A stretch of 24,921 nucleotides of DNA, from assembly GCA_045863395.1 (NCBI GenBank), contig BTVJ01000100.1, positions 1 to 24,921 on the forward strand, read 5' to 3'. The translations under genes were made by a program, and so were the position numbers. Position 1 is the first letter of the stretch, and each line of letters opens with the position of its first letter. This DNA comes from Myxococcales bacterium (GTDB taxonomy: Bacteria > Myxococcota_A > UBA9042 > JABWCM01 > BTVJ01). Under the pieces are notes generated by a model, which saw only the letters and a list, made by a program, of their open reading frames with translations, did no database searches and was not told the DNA's origin. Shown here piece after piece: positions 6,992 through 15,686 of this stretch.

Positions 6992-8129
6992 GCTCGCGGC
7001 CGTCCTGGCGCACATCGACCGGACCCGCCTGGAGGAGCTGGTCGTCGAGGCCGTCGAGTGCTACAGCCCGTCGTTCTCGGAGGGGCCCGCGACGGACGTC
7101 TTTGCCGGGGCGCTCGACTCCGCACGAGTCCCCTACCACCGCCAGTCCGTCCCGGGGCCATGGGACGACGAGGATCGCGCCAACCTGGTCGTCGAGCTGG
7201 GCCCGGACCCGCCAGCCCTGCTCTGGCTCGGGCACGTGGACACCGTGCCCCTCCAGCGCTACGAGAGCGTCGCCGTGCGCCGCGACGGCGACCTGCTCTG
7301 GGGCCTCGGAGCGGCGGACATGAAGGGAGGCTGCGCCGCGATCCTGGAGGCGCTGGCCGCGGTGCGAGCCTCCGGCGTGCGCCTGCGGCGGGGCCTGCGC
7401 GTGGGCCTCGTCGTGGGCGAGGAGGAGTACGGGGACGGGGCGCAGGCCCTGCTCTCGACGGTGAGCGCGCCCCTGGCGATCATCGGGGAGCCGACGGGCC
7501 TCGTGGCGTGCACGAGCCACTACGGCTACCTGGAGCACCGGCTGGAGTGCCGCGGCGCCCGCGCCCACGCGGCGCTGCCGGAGGTCGGCGCGAGCGCCAT
7601 CCACGCCATGCTCGCATGGATGCTGCGCTCCCTGGACGCCGCGGCCGCTGGTGGCGACGAGCTCGCCGTCAACCCGCGCCAGATCCAGGGCGGCGACGGG
7701 CAGTTCGTGGTCGCAGACCGCTGCGAGGCGATGCTCGACGTCCACGTGCGACCCGGCAGGGGCCCGGACGCTGTAGCGGAGCTCATCGCCAGTGCCCGCG
7801 ACGCGGTGCAGGCGGACCACCCGGGCTGCACGATGGACAGCGAGGCCGTGTACTGGGCGCCAGGCTACGAGATCGAGCGTGACGACCAGCGCCTCGCGCC
7901 GCTCCGGCGCGCCTTCGCCCAGGCGGGCCTCCCATGGGACCCGAGCCCCTTCCGGTCCCACTCGGACGCCGCCCAGCTCTTCCAGAGAGGCGTCTGCCCA
8001 GTCGTCTGCGGCCCCGGCAAGCTGGAGGTCGCCCACGTCAGCGGCGAGCACGTCTCCATGGACGAGGTCCTCAACGCCGCGCGCCTGTACGCCGCCATGA
8101 TCGTGGAGTGCTGCGTCCTCGAGGGGTGA
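6972..8129 (+). CDS. M20 family metallo-amidohydrolase (ArgE/DapE-like deacylase)
   Basis: Motifs GHVDTVP, GAADMKGG, VGEEE, IGEPT, AHAA and GPGKLEVAH..EH. Overlaps the GNAT 3' end; start at 6972 or GTG 6966. Confidence 0.88.
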   Translation: MAIRSAELAAVLAHIDRTRLEELVVEAVECYSPSFSEGPATDVFAGALDSARVPYHRQSVPGPWDDEDRANLVVELGPDPPALLWLGHVDTVPLQRYESVAVRRDGDLLWGLGAADMKGGCAAILEALAAVRASGVRLRRGLRVGLVVGEEEYGDGAQALLSTVSAPLAIIGEPTGLVACTSHYGYLEHRLECRGARAHAALPEVGASAIHAMLAWMLRSLDAAAAGGDELAVNPRQIQGGDGQFVVADRCEAMLDVHVRPGRGPDAVAELIASARDAVQADHPGCTMDSEAVYWAPGYEIERDDQRLAPLRRAFAQAGLPWDPSPFRSHSDAAQLFQRGVCPVVCGPGKLEVAHVSGEHVSMDEVLNAARLYAAMIVECCVLEG

Positions 8130-8282
8130 TCGAGCGCGCGACGCAGCGTCTCGCCGAGCACGCCGTGCACCACGTCTCCGCACCCACCGAGGGGCAGCGA
8201 TGGCGGGCTCGTGCCCTCGCCGCGAGGAATCGTGGCGAAGCCGGCGGTGCCGACCACGCCCGACACCACCACGCGCCGCGAG

Positions 8283-10232
8283 TCACATCCCCGCCACCAG
8301 GACGCGCTGCAGCGGGACCCGCTCCAGGATGCCGAACCAGGCGTGCCTGGTCATGCCGCGGCGGCGGGACATGGCGGGGGTGCCGACGCCGCACAGGAAG
8401 CGGGCATACATCGCGTCTGTAGCCAGCAGGTCCGCGTACTGCTCACGGACGCTGTGGCAGTCGTCCCAGACGCGGCGAATCGCGGAGGGGGCCATGTCCC
8501 GCGCCCTGGGCTGCGACCGGGCGGGCACACCGGGAGTCGTCGCCCTGAGACACCACGTGCAGTGGCCGCACGGCTCGGTCCGCACCTCGCCAAAGTGGTT
8601 GCACAGCGACCGCACCTGGCAGTCCTGAAGGTGCGACAGCGCGATGACCTGCTCGAGCCGCTCGAGCTCGCGCCGCTCGCGCTCGACTGTCCGCGCGTGC
8701 AACCTGGCCGCCAGGGCGTCGAGGTCGTCGGGCCGGCGCAGCAGGCGGTACCGGTTGCGCACGCCCTCGGCCTTCAGTTCGAGCCAGCCCTGCTCCCCGA
8801 GGAAGTCGACTGCCGCCACCACGCGCTCCCGGGGTACGCCCAGCGCCCGCGCCGCCTGGCCGGCGTCCAGCGAGAACCACGTCTTGGCGGGTGTGGACTG
8901 GCTGAGCAGCCCGACCAGGAACGTCCGCCGCTCTCCGCTGAAGTGGCCGAGAATCTCCGCGGACGACACCAACGGCTTGAAGCGGTAGGTCGCGTAGAAC
9001 GGCGTGCCGCCTTCCAGGGTGCCGAGCAGCTCCAGGTAGGTCAGCAGCGTGCGCACGACGAGCACCTTGATGTCGTGCCTGGCAGAGAGGTCGTGCTGGC
9101 TGACGTCGAAGTGGGAGTCACCGGCGGCGGCCGCCTGGGCGAAGACGTCATGCACGAAGCCGCGCACCGCATCGGGCATTGGGGTGTCGCCCAGCGCGAA
9201 GTTCTCCAACGTCGCCAGGTCGTCCGGGCACTCGAAGGTCTCGCAGATCGACGGCTCACCGTCTCGGCCGGCCCGCCCAATCTCCTGCGCAAAGCCCTCC
9301 AGGCTCTTGGCGACGTTGTAGTGGTAGACGTACCGGATGTCGGGCTTGTCGATGCCCATGCCAAAAGCGATGGTGGCGCAGACGATGCCCTGCTTCGTCG
9401 CCAGGAACCACTCCTGCGTGGTGTTTCGATCCACGGGATCCATGCCGGCGTGATAGTGCCTCGCGTCGAAGCCGCCATCGCGCAGCAGCTCGGCCACGCG
9501 CTCAGCGGTCTTCTGCGTTGTCACGTACACCACCATCGCGCCGGCGGGGCGCTGGCGCATCCGGGCGAGCAGCAGCGCGTCACGCCGCTCGTCGTCGACC
9601 GGAGTCATCAGGATCGTCAGGTTGGGGCGGTAGAAGCCGGTGCGCACCGCGCAGGAGCGGTCGATGCCGAAGGCCGCGCAGATGTCCTCGAGCACCTTGG
9701 GCGTGGCCGTGGCGGTCAGCGCGAGCACGCGCTGGGCGCGAATCGAGCGGGCGTACTGTACCAGCTTGAGGTAGTCGGGGCGGAAGTTGTGGCCCCACTC
9801 GGAGATGCAGTGGGCCTCGTCCACCGCGAACAGGGCGATGTCCACGCGGGCGATCATCTCGCGGAAGCGCTCGTTGTTGAAGCGCTCGGGCGCAACATAG
9901 AGCAGCCGCAGCTCGCCGCGGCGGAGGCGGTCGCTGGCCTCCCGGTGGCCCTCGGCGCCGAGGGTCGAGTCCAGGCGTGCGGCCGCGACCCCGCGCCGGG
10001 TCAGGGCGTCAATCTGGTCCTTCATCAGCGCGATGAGCGGCGAGACGACGACGGTCACCCCCGGGAGGACCAAGGCCGGCAACTGGTAGCAGAGGGACTT
10101 GCCCCCACCCGTCGGGAACACGGCAGCGGCGGAGCGGCCGGCCAGCAGGTGCTCGACCACCTCTCGCTGCCCAGGCAAGAACGCGCCGAAGCCGAAGCGC
10201 TCGCGGAGCAGGGTGGCAGGATCGCTGGACAT
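8283..10232 (-). CDS. RecQ-family ATP-dependent DNA helicase (no evident HRDC domain)
   Basis: Motifs PTGGGKS, SPLIALMKDQ, LYVAPER, VDEAHCISEWGHNFRPDY, ALTATA, ATIAFGMGIDKPD, QEIGRAGRDG, and a C-terminal Cys cluster C...CGHCTWC. Confidence 0.95.
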   Translation of the reverse strand: MSSDPATLLRERFGFGAFLPGQREVVEHLLAGRSAAAVFPTGGGKSLCYQLPALVLPGVTVVVSPLIALMKDQIDALTRRGVAAARLDSTLGAEGHREASDRLRRGELRLLYVAPERFNNERFREMIARVDIALFAVDEAHCISEWGHNFRPDYLKLVQYARSIRAQRVLALTATATPKVLEDICAAFGIDRSCAVRTGFYRPNLTILMTPVDDERRDALLLARMRQRPAGAMVVYVTTQKTAERVAELLRDGGFDARHYHAGMDPVDRNTTQEWFLATKQGIVCATIAFGMGIDKPDIRYVYHYNVAKSLEGFAQEIGRAGRDGEPSICETFECPDDLATLENFALGDTPMPDAVRGFVHDVFAQAAAAGDSHFDVSQHDLSARHDIKVLVVRTLLTYLELLGTLEGGTPFYATYRFKPLVSSAEILGHFSGERRTFLVGLLSQSTPAKTWFSLDAGQAARALGVPRERVVAAVDFLGEQGWLELKAEGVRNRYRLLRRPDDLDALAARLHARTVERERRELERLEQVIALSHLQDCQVRSLCNHFGEVRTEPCGHCTWCLRATTPGVPARSQPRARDMAPSAIRRVWDDCHSVREQYADLLATDAMYARFLCGVGTPAMSRRRGMTRHAWFGILERVPLQRVLVAGM

Positions 10233-10267
10233 CGGATCCCCACGTTGAGGCGGTTGTTCGGCAAGGG

Positions 10268-10296
10268 AGTGTAGCGCCTCGCACTGGATGTGTCAG
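10268..10296 (-). promoter_or_regulatory. sigma70-type promoter for the RecQ-family gene
   Basis: On the minus strand, CTGACA (10296-10291), 17-nt spacer, TACACT (10273-10268), about 35 nt upstream of the ATG. Confidence 0.55.
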
Positions 10297-10410
10297 GTGG
10301 GCGAGCGCCCCGGGGCGCGCACCGGGGCGGCGCGGTCCATGCCGCGCCCCGTGGGGATCCAGGCAACCGGAAGCTGCTGAGATCATGGACGATGGCTTGC
10401 GGCGATGCGC

Positions 10411-10427
10411 TTGGCACGCGCCTTGCG
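10411..10427 (+). promoter_or_regulatory. sigma54 (-24/-12) promoter
   Basis: TTGGCACG-CGCC-TTGCG matches TGGCACG-N4-TTGC with exact spacing, about 57 nt upstream of the lipoprotein ATG at 10484. Confidence 0.75.
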
Positions 10428-10483
10428 ACCCCACTGGACCGAGGCGCCGAGGCGCCACCAACCATGAAGAGGAGACGACGTCC

Positions 10484-11269
10484 ATGAAGAAGATAGCACC
10501 TGGCACATCGTGCGCCGCCCTGCTACTGGCCCTGTCTGCCTGCGCGGACGACGGTGCGGGCGACAAGAGCTACGGAGATCCCAAGCCGGCCAGCCAGGCC
10601 GAGTCCACCAGCGCCCAGTCGGCGGTCACCGGCGTCAGCGACATGCGCAGCCTCTCGGAGAACGACCCGAAGGACACCACCGCGGTCGCCAGGGTCAGCG
10701 GCGTCTACGGCAACGTCAACGTGCTCACGGCCTCGAAGCAGGCGTCCCAGCTCCAGGGCGGGCTGGCGGCGGCGACGGGCGGCCTGCTCGGCGTCATGGA
10801 GGGCGCGCTGGACGAGAGCTGCGTCCAGTCGGGCGGCGGCACGGTGACCTACGACAACTGCGACTTCGGCACCGCCAAGATGAATGGCACCATCGGGTTC
10901 CAGGACCCCACCCTGACGGTGGACCTCACCATCACCGTCGGTGTCAGCGGCGTCGCGTCGAACATCGACTACGAGGGAACGCTGGAGGTCTCGGCGACGG
11001 CCATCGTGGGCACCCTGTCCTTCAAGGCGGCGAGCGACGTCTCGGGCGCGGCCGCCGGAGCAGCGGGCGGGGGCTCCTTCCAGACCACGACCACGGTGGA
11101 CGCCACCTACGACGTGGAGCTGACCGACGGCTGTCCGACCGGAGGCGAGGTGGAGATCCACTCGGTGAGCGGCGTGAGCGGCTCGGGCCTCCCGTCCGGC
11201 GCCGGCGGCCAGGACGTGTGGGTGAAGGCGCTCTTCGGACCCAACTGCGGCGACGTGCAAGTCCAGTAG
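10484..11269 (+). CDS. Lipoprotein of unknown function (Gly/Ser/Thr-rich, beta-rich, several Cys)
   Basis: GAGGAG RBS and a lipobox in MKK...LLLALSA|C. Strong GC3 bias. Cys motifs ESC, DNC, GCPTGG and GPNCG. Confidence 0.8.
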   Translation: MKKIAPGTSCAALLLALSACADDGAGDKSYGDPKPASQAESTSAQSAVTGVSDMRSLSENDPKDTTAVARVSGVYGNVNVLTASKQASQLQGGLAAATGGLLGVMEGALDESCVQSGGGTVTYDNCDFGTAKMNGTIGFQDPTLTVDLTITVGVSGVASNIDYEGTLEVSATAIVGTLSFKAASDVSGAAAGAAGGGSFQTTTTVDATYDVELTDGCPTGGEVEIHSVSGVSGSGLPSGAGGQDVWVKALFGPNCGDVQVQ

Positions 11270-11336
11270 GCCCCCGAAGGGCCGTCCAGGCTCGCGGCAC
11301 CACCGACAACCGCAACAGGTCCCGCGGACACGGCAC

Positions 11337-13193
11337 TCACGGCACGGCGAGCCGGCGCGCGAGCTGGTCCTCGTACAGCGAGGGGGGCTCGAGGGTCGCC
11401 GCAGCGCCCGCGCCCTCGACGAGGTCCTCGGGGGCGGTGCCACCGCCGTTGGGCATGGCGGGGTCCGTGTCCACCTTCAGGTCCGGGCCCGTGCCGATGA
11501 CGTAGCCCCAGCCCCACTGGCGAGACTCGACACGGCCCACTCCAGTCGTGGCCCAGAACACCGACTCGGTCGCCGTGTGGCCCGCGCCGGTGCTCCAGTC
11601 ACCGCGATTCTCCGCGCTCCAGCCGTCGTCCAGGACGGACGAGTCCACCAGGTTCGCGGTCGCCAGAGAGTGGTGGTACTCGCACAGGCCGATGCCGAGC
11701 AGCTCCGGCGCCTCGTAGAAGGGGATCGTCGTGCCCTCGTGGCTCCACACCCGGAGCCAGACGATGCCCGTCGCGCCGAAGCCCCAGTTCTGGATGAAGT
11801 TGTGACGCCCACCCCGGGCCTCGCAGTCTCGAAACAGGATCTCGCTGGACTGGCGCACCTCGAACAGATAGCCGTTGCCGCCAGACCCGCGGTGGACGGC
11901 CGGCCCCATGAAGGAGTCTGCCACCGTGACGCGCATGGCCTGGCGCACGAGCACTCCGCCAGACTGGAGGTGGGCCCCCGCGGCCGGGCCATCGAGGGGT
12001 GAGAGCGGCGGCGCGAACGTGCTCACGTCGCGCACCCAGCAGTCGGCGACTCCGCTCATCTCCAAGGCGTGGACCTGATTCAGCGTCCAGGCGAGCTCCC
12101 AGGCCACCGCGTTGCCGAAGGAGACGCCCTCGACGCCGCACTCTCGGAGCAGGCCCGGGACGCGGCGCAGGGACGCGCCGTCACTCACGCGGGCGCCTGA
12201 GCGGAGGGGCACGTCCACGGTGACGCGGTGCGGCTCGGACTCCAGATCGACGGAGACCACCGTGCGCCAGGAGAATGGCTGCCACGAGTCGTTGAAGGCC
12301 TGCCATGTGCCCTTCATGCCATGCTCGTCGATGAACTCCGGAGTGATCACGTGGCCTACGCTCACGTCGTCGCCGGGCGACAGCGCGGAGGCGTCCGCCA
12401 CGCGGAGCTCCGTGTCGAAGGGGGCGGCGTCGGCGGCCAGCGGCAGGTCCAGGTCGTGGCTCGTGCTGCCCTTGAACGTCAGGTGGGAGCCATGGCTCAT
12501 GCCCTCGGTGCGGGAGAACGCGACGCGGGTCAGCGCCAGGCCGTCACCGCGCAGGACGGTGCCGGACGCGGTGACGGAGAGCGTCCCGTCCACCCGGTAG
12601 TCGCCGGCGGGCACGTGGACGACTCCCCCCGCCGCCGAGACCGCGTCGATGGCAGCCTGGAAGGCGCCCGTCGAGTCCGAGACGCCCGTCGGATCGGCGC
12701 CGAAGTCGACGACGCCGACCGCCGTGGGCGGGGTGGGCAGGGGAACCTCACCACGATGGTAGCCGGCGTAGGAGAAGTCGTGGAGGCGCCGCCCCAGCGC
12801 GTCCGCGAAGCCCGGGGACCAGTCCGCCGGGTAGAGCGCGCTGCGCCAGAGCGCAGGGGCCCCGTCCGCGGTGGTGTCGGCCGCGTCTTGCGGCGCGTCC
12901 ACGGGGCTCGGCGCGTCTGTCGCGGCATCAGGAGGGTCGACGCTGTCTGCGGCGGTCGCGTCGAGCCCCGACGCATCTGGGGTGTCGGCGGCGGCGGCGT
13001 CCGCTCCGTCCGCTCCGTCCGCGGCGGTTGCTCCGCCGTCCACCGGTTCGGCGGCTCCGCTGTCCGTGGCGCTCCCCCCGACGTCGTCGCTGGTGTGCCC
13101 CTGCGTCGTGTCGCCGGGGCCATCCCCGGAGCCAGGCGCAGCGCACCCAGCGACGAAGATCGCGGCGACCACCACCCACCGACGAATGCTCAT
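11337..13193 (-). CDS. Lipoprotein with an acidic low-complexity linker and a pectate-lyase-superfamily (right-handed beta-helix) carbohydrate-active domain
   Basis: AGGAGG RBS and lipobox FVAG|C. About 95-aa D/A/T/P linker, then DFSYAGY and VVDFGADPTGVSDSTGAFQAAID...GGVVHVPAGDY, the typical Pectate_lyase_3-type start. Confidence 0.8.
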   Translation of the reverse strand: MSIRRWVVVAAIFVAGCAAPGSGDGPGDTTQGHTSDDVGGSATDSGAAEPVDGGATAADGADGADAAAADTPDASGLDATAADSVDPPDAATDAPSPVDAPQDAADTTADGAPALWRSALYPADWSPGFADALGRRLHDFSYAGYHRGEVPLPTPPTAVGVVDFGADPTGVSDSTGAFQAAIDAVSAAGGVVHVPAGDYRVDGTLSVTASGTVLRGDGLALTRVAFSRTEGMSHGSHLTFKGSTSHDLDLPLAADAAPFDTELRVADASALSPGDDVSVGHVITPEFIDEHGMKGTWQAFNDSWQPFSWRTVVSVDLESEPHRVTVDVPLRSGARVSDGASLRRVPGLLRECGVEGVSFGNAVAWELAWTLNQVHALEMSGVADCWVRDVSTFAPPLSPLDGPAAGAHLQSGGVLVRQAMRVTVADSFMGPAVHRGSGGNGYLFEVRQSSEILFRDCEARGGRHNFIQNWGFGATGIVWLRVWSHEGTTIPFYEAPELLGIGLCEYHHSLATANLVDSSVLDDGWSAENRGDWSTGAGHTATESVFWATTGVGRVESRQWGWGYVIGTGPDLKVDTDPAMPNGGGTAPEDLVEGAGAAATLEPPSLYEDQLARRLAVP

Positions 13194-13397
13194 CGGGCAC
13201 CTCCTGGGCGCACGCTATCACGGGACGCGGGGCGGTTCACAGCGCAAGAGGGGGCCGGTGCCATACCGACGTGGGAGCCGTTGTCGAGCTGACGCCCCGT
13301 GGTCGGCGACCGGCCCGAGGACCTGCTGCATGACCCGCGGGGTTGACCCAGGTCCGCCCCAAGGCGCAGGCTGTGCCTCCCGAGCCTCGGAGGCCCC

Positions 13398-14429
13398 ATG
13401 ACCGCACCCCGGACCACCCCCGCACCCGCGCCACCCGCGGCGGCCGACCGCCTGCTCTGCTTCGAGGAGCTGCCCGCGCGGACGTTTCGACGCCTCTCCC
13501 TCGACCGGACGCTGGCCGTGCTGCCGGTGAGCCCCCTCGAGGTGCACGGGCCGCACCTGCCGCTGGGCACCGACGTGCTCATCGCCCGCGCCATCGCCCG
13601 GCGCAGCATGACGCGCCTGCTCGAGCGGCGCCCCGATCACGTGGCGGTGCTGCTCCCGGCGCTGTGCCTCGGCCCGGACACCGTCGGCCACCCGGGCAGC
13701 GTGGAGGTGTCGGCGCGCGTGACCCGCGACGCGGTCGTGGCAACGGGAGACGCCATGGCGCGCGCGGGGCTGCGGGGCCTGATCCTGACGAACTTCCACG
13801 GCGGCCCCCGCCACGGGGTCGCCCTGGAGGCGGCGACGCGGCTCCTGCGCAAGCGGCACCCGGGGTTCCTGGCGCTTGCCCCGACCGGCGAGGTCTTCGC
13901 GCGGATCTTCGCCGACGACCAGACCTTCCGCGCCCGGGTCCAGGCGCTCGTGGATCTCAGCGCCGCGGAGCTCGCGGCGCTCGACGGAGAGCTGCACGCG
14001 GGGCTCGGGGAGACGAGCGCCGTCATGGCCGAGCGGGAGGACCTCGTCCACCCCGACTACGTGACGCTGCCACGCCTCGAGACGGGCACGCCCAGGTGGA
14101 TCGTGCGGGCGGCGTCGGCGCTCCGGCACCTCGGGCCCCTCGTCGGGCGCGCGCGGGCGCGCTCGCTGGCCCGGGACGCAGCGGTGCTCGTCGACAGCCT
14201 CGGCTGGCTGCGGCGCCCGTGGATGAGCTATGTGGGCGAGCCGGCCCTCGCCCGAACGGCGGTGGGGGACGCGTTCCTCGAGGTCCTCTCCGACGAGGTC
14301 GCGGCCGTCGTGGATGACATGCTCGCAGGGCGCCGGCGCCCCGAGGACCTCGACTCCCTCGGCTGGACGCTGCGCCACCTCCTCGCCCTGCCCGGCGGCT
14401 TCCCGTTCCAGACCGCGCCGCCGGCGTGA
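13398..14429 (+). CDS. Creatininase/MftE-family metal-dependent amidohydrolase
   Basis: GGAGG RBS. Motifs LPVSPLEVHGPHLPLGTD, HPGSV, NFHGG and HAGLGETS. Confidence 0.85.
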   Translation: MTAPRTTPAPAPPAAADRLLCFEELPARTFRRLSLDRTLAVLPVSPLEVHGPHLPLGTDVLIARAIARRSMTRLLERRPDHVAVLLPALCLGPDTVGHPGSVEVSARVTRDAVVATGDAMARAGLRGLILTNFHGGPRHGVALEAATRLLRKRHPGFLALAPTGEVFARIFADDQTFRARVQALVDLSAAELAALDGELHAGLGETSAVMAEREDLVHPDYVTLPRLETGTPRWIVRAASALRHLGPLVGRARARSLARDAAVLVDSLGWLRRPWMSYVGEPALARTAVGDAFLEVLSDEVAAVVDDMLAGRRRPEDLDSLGWTLRHLLALPGGFPFQTAPPA

Positions 14430-14463
14430 GGCCCTGCACTCCAGGCAGACACGTAGACGTCCC

Positions 14464-15675
14464 TCAGGCCCCCGGCAGCGTGAACCAGAACGTCGCGCCG
14501 CGGCCCGGCGCGCCCTCCGCCCAGATGGTGCCTCCGTGGCGCTGGACCACGCGGCGGGCCGTCGTGAGGCCGACTCCCGTGCCGGCGAAGCGCTCCTCCG
14601 AGTGGAGACGCTGGAACGGCAGGAAGAGCTTGTGGGCGTAGCGGGAGTCGAAGCCCGCGCCGTTGTCGCGCACGTACCACGCCTCCTCACCGTGAGAGAG
14701 GGCTCCGACCTCGATGACCGCGCCCTCGCGCCCGCGGGTGAACTTCCAGGCGTTGCCGAGCAGGTTCTCCAGCAGCACGCGCAGGAGGCCCTCGTCACCC
14801 CGGCACGGCAGCGTGGGGGGGATGACCACCTCCACGTCGCGCTCCGGCTCCACCGCGCGCAGATCGGCGACGATGTGGCGCGCCAGGGCGGCCAGGTCCA
14901 CCGGGCGCCGGTCCAGCTCGCCACGCACGACCCCGGACAGGCGCATCAGGTCGTCGATGAGGTTGCGCATGCGGTCGGCCGCTGACGTCACGCGCCCGAG
15001 CCAGGAGCGGAGGGTGTCGCTGAGCCCTGCCGTCGCGCCCTCCTGGAGCACGAGCCGCGAGAAGCCGTCGATGCCGCGGAGGTGCGCGCCCAGATCGTGC
15101 GCCACCGAGTAGCTGAAGGCCTCGAGCTCCCGGTTGGCCTCGACGAGGCGAGCCTCGCTCGCCGCCAGCTCTTGCTCCCGGTCCACCACGTCACCGAGGG
15201 TGGTGACCAGCAGGTCGAGGACCCGCTCCCGGTCCGAGTCGATGCGGAAGCGGCGGCCCCGAAACAGGACCTCCGCGCTGCCCTCGACCTGACCCTCTGC
15301 ACGCAGGCGGCGCCCGTCGAGGACGGCGCTCACCCGGCGAAGCAGGCGGTCGGGGGCGCAGGGCTTGACCAGGAAGTTGTCGGCCCCGCTCTCCAGGGCC
15401 GCGAGGATCTCGTAGGGGTCGTCCTGGGAGGTCAGCAGGATCACGGGGATCTCCCGCAGCCGCGGGTCGGCTCGGATGCGCCGGCACAGCTCGTGGCCGC
15501 CCAGCTCGGGCATCACCACGTCGGAGAGCACCAGGTCGGGGATCGACGACTCCAGGCGCTCCAGGGCCACCGCGCCATCGGGCGCCAGGTCCACCTGGAA
15601 GCCCGCGTCCTCCAGCAGGATCTGCAGGCTCTGCGCCTGGGTGGGGCTGTCCTCGACGACGAGTATGCGAGCCAT
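14464..15675 (-). CDS. REC-HisKA-HATPase hybrid histidine kinase (likely output of the chemosensory operon)
   Basis: Real start MARILVVEDS at 15675 with an AAGGAGG RBS. REC motifs LSDVVMP, LLTS and FLVKP; H-box FSYSVAHDL; N-box ENLLGNAWKF; DNGAGF; LFLPFQRLH; GTGVGL. Confidence 0.9.
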   Translation of the reverse strand: MARILVVEDSPTQAQSLQILLEDAGFQVDLAPDGAVALERLESSIPDLVLSDVVMPELGGHELCRRIRADPRLREIPVILLTSQDDPYEILAALESGADNFLVKPCAPDRLLRRVSAVLDGRRLRAEGQVEGSAEVLFRGRRFRIDSDRERVLDLLVTTLGDVVDREQELAASEARLVEANRELEAFSYSVAHDLGAHLRGIDGFSRLVLQEGATAGLSDTLRSWLGRVTSAADRMRNLIDDLMRLSGVVRGELDRRPVDLAALARHIVADLRAVEPERDVEVVIPPTLPCRGDEGLLRVLLENLLGNAWKFTRGREGAVIEVGALSHGEEAWYVRDNGAGFDSRYAHKLFLPFQRLHSEERFAGTGVGLTTARRVVQRHGGTIWAEGAPGRGATFWFTLPGA

Positions 15676-15686
15676 GCTTGCCTCCT

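Noticed and set aside
8126..8422. ORF starting at a GTG overlapping the M20 stop (VIERATQRLAEHAVHH...)
   Set aside because: Runs 140 bp antisense into the helicase; the His cluster is too short to support a DinB-like call.
11269..11283. GGCCC-CCGAA-GGGCC hairpin between convergent genes; similar GCCGCC-CGAA-GGCGGC at 24893-24908
   Set aside because: Stems are only 5-6 bp and lack a U-tract, which is insufficient for a terminator or REP call.
13212..13372. Weak divergent promoter candidates (minus-strand TGATAGCGT at 13220-13212; plus-strand TTGACC-N18-CAGGCT at 13343-13372)
   Set aside because: Partial matches only; too weak to report as features.
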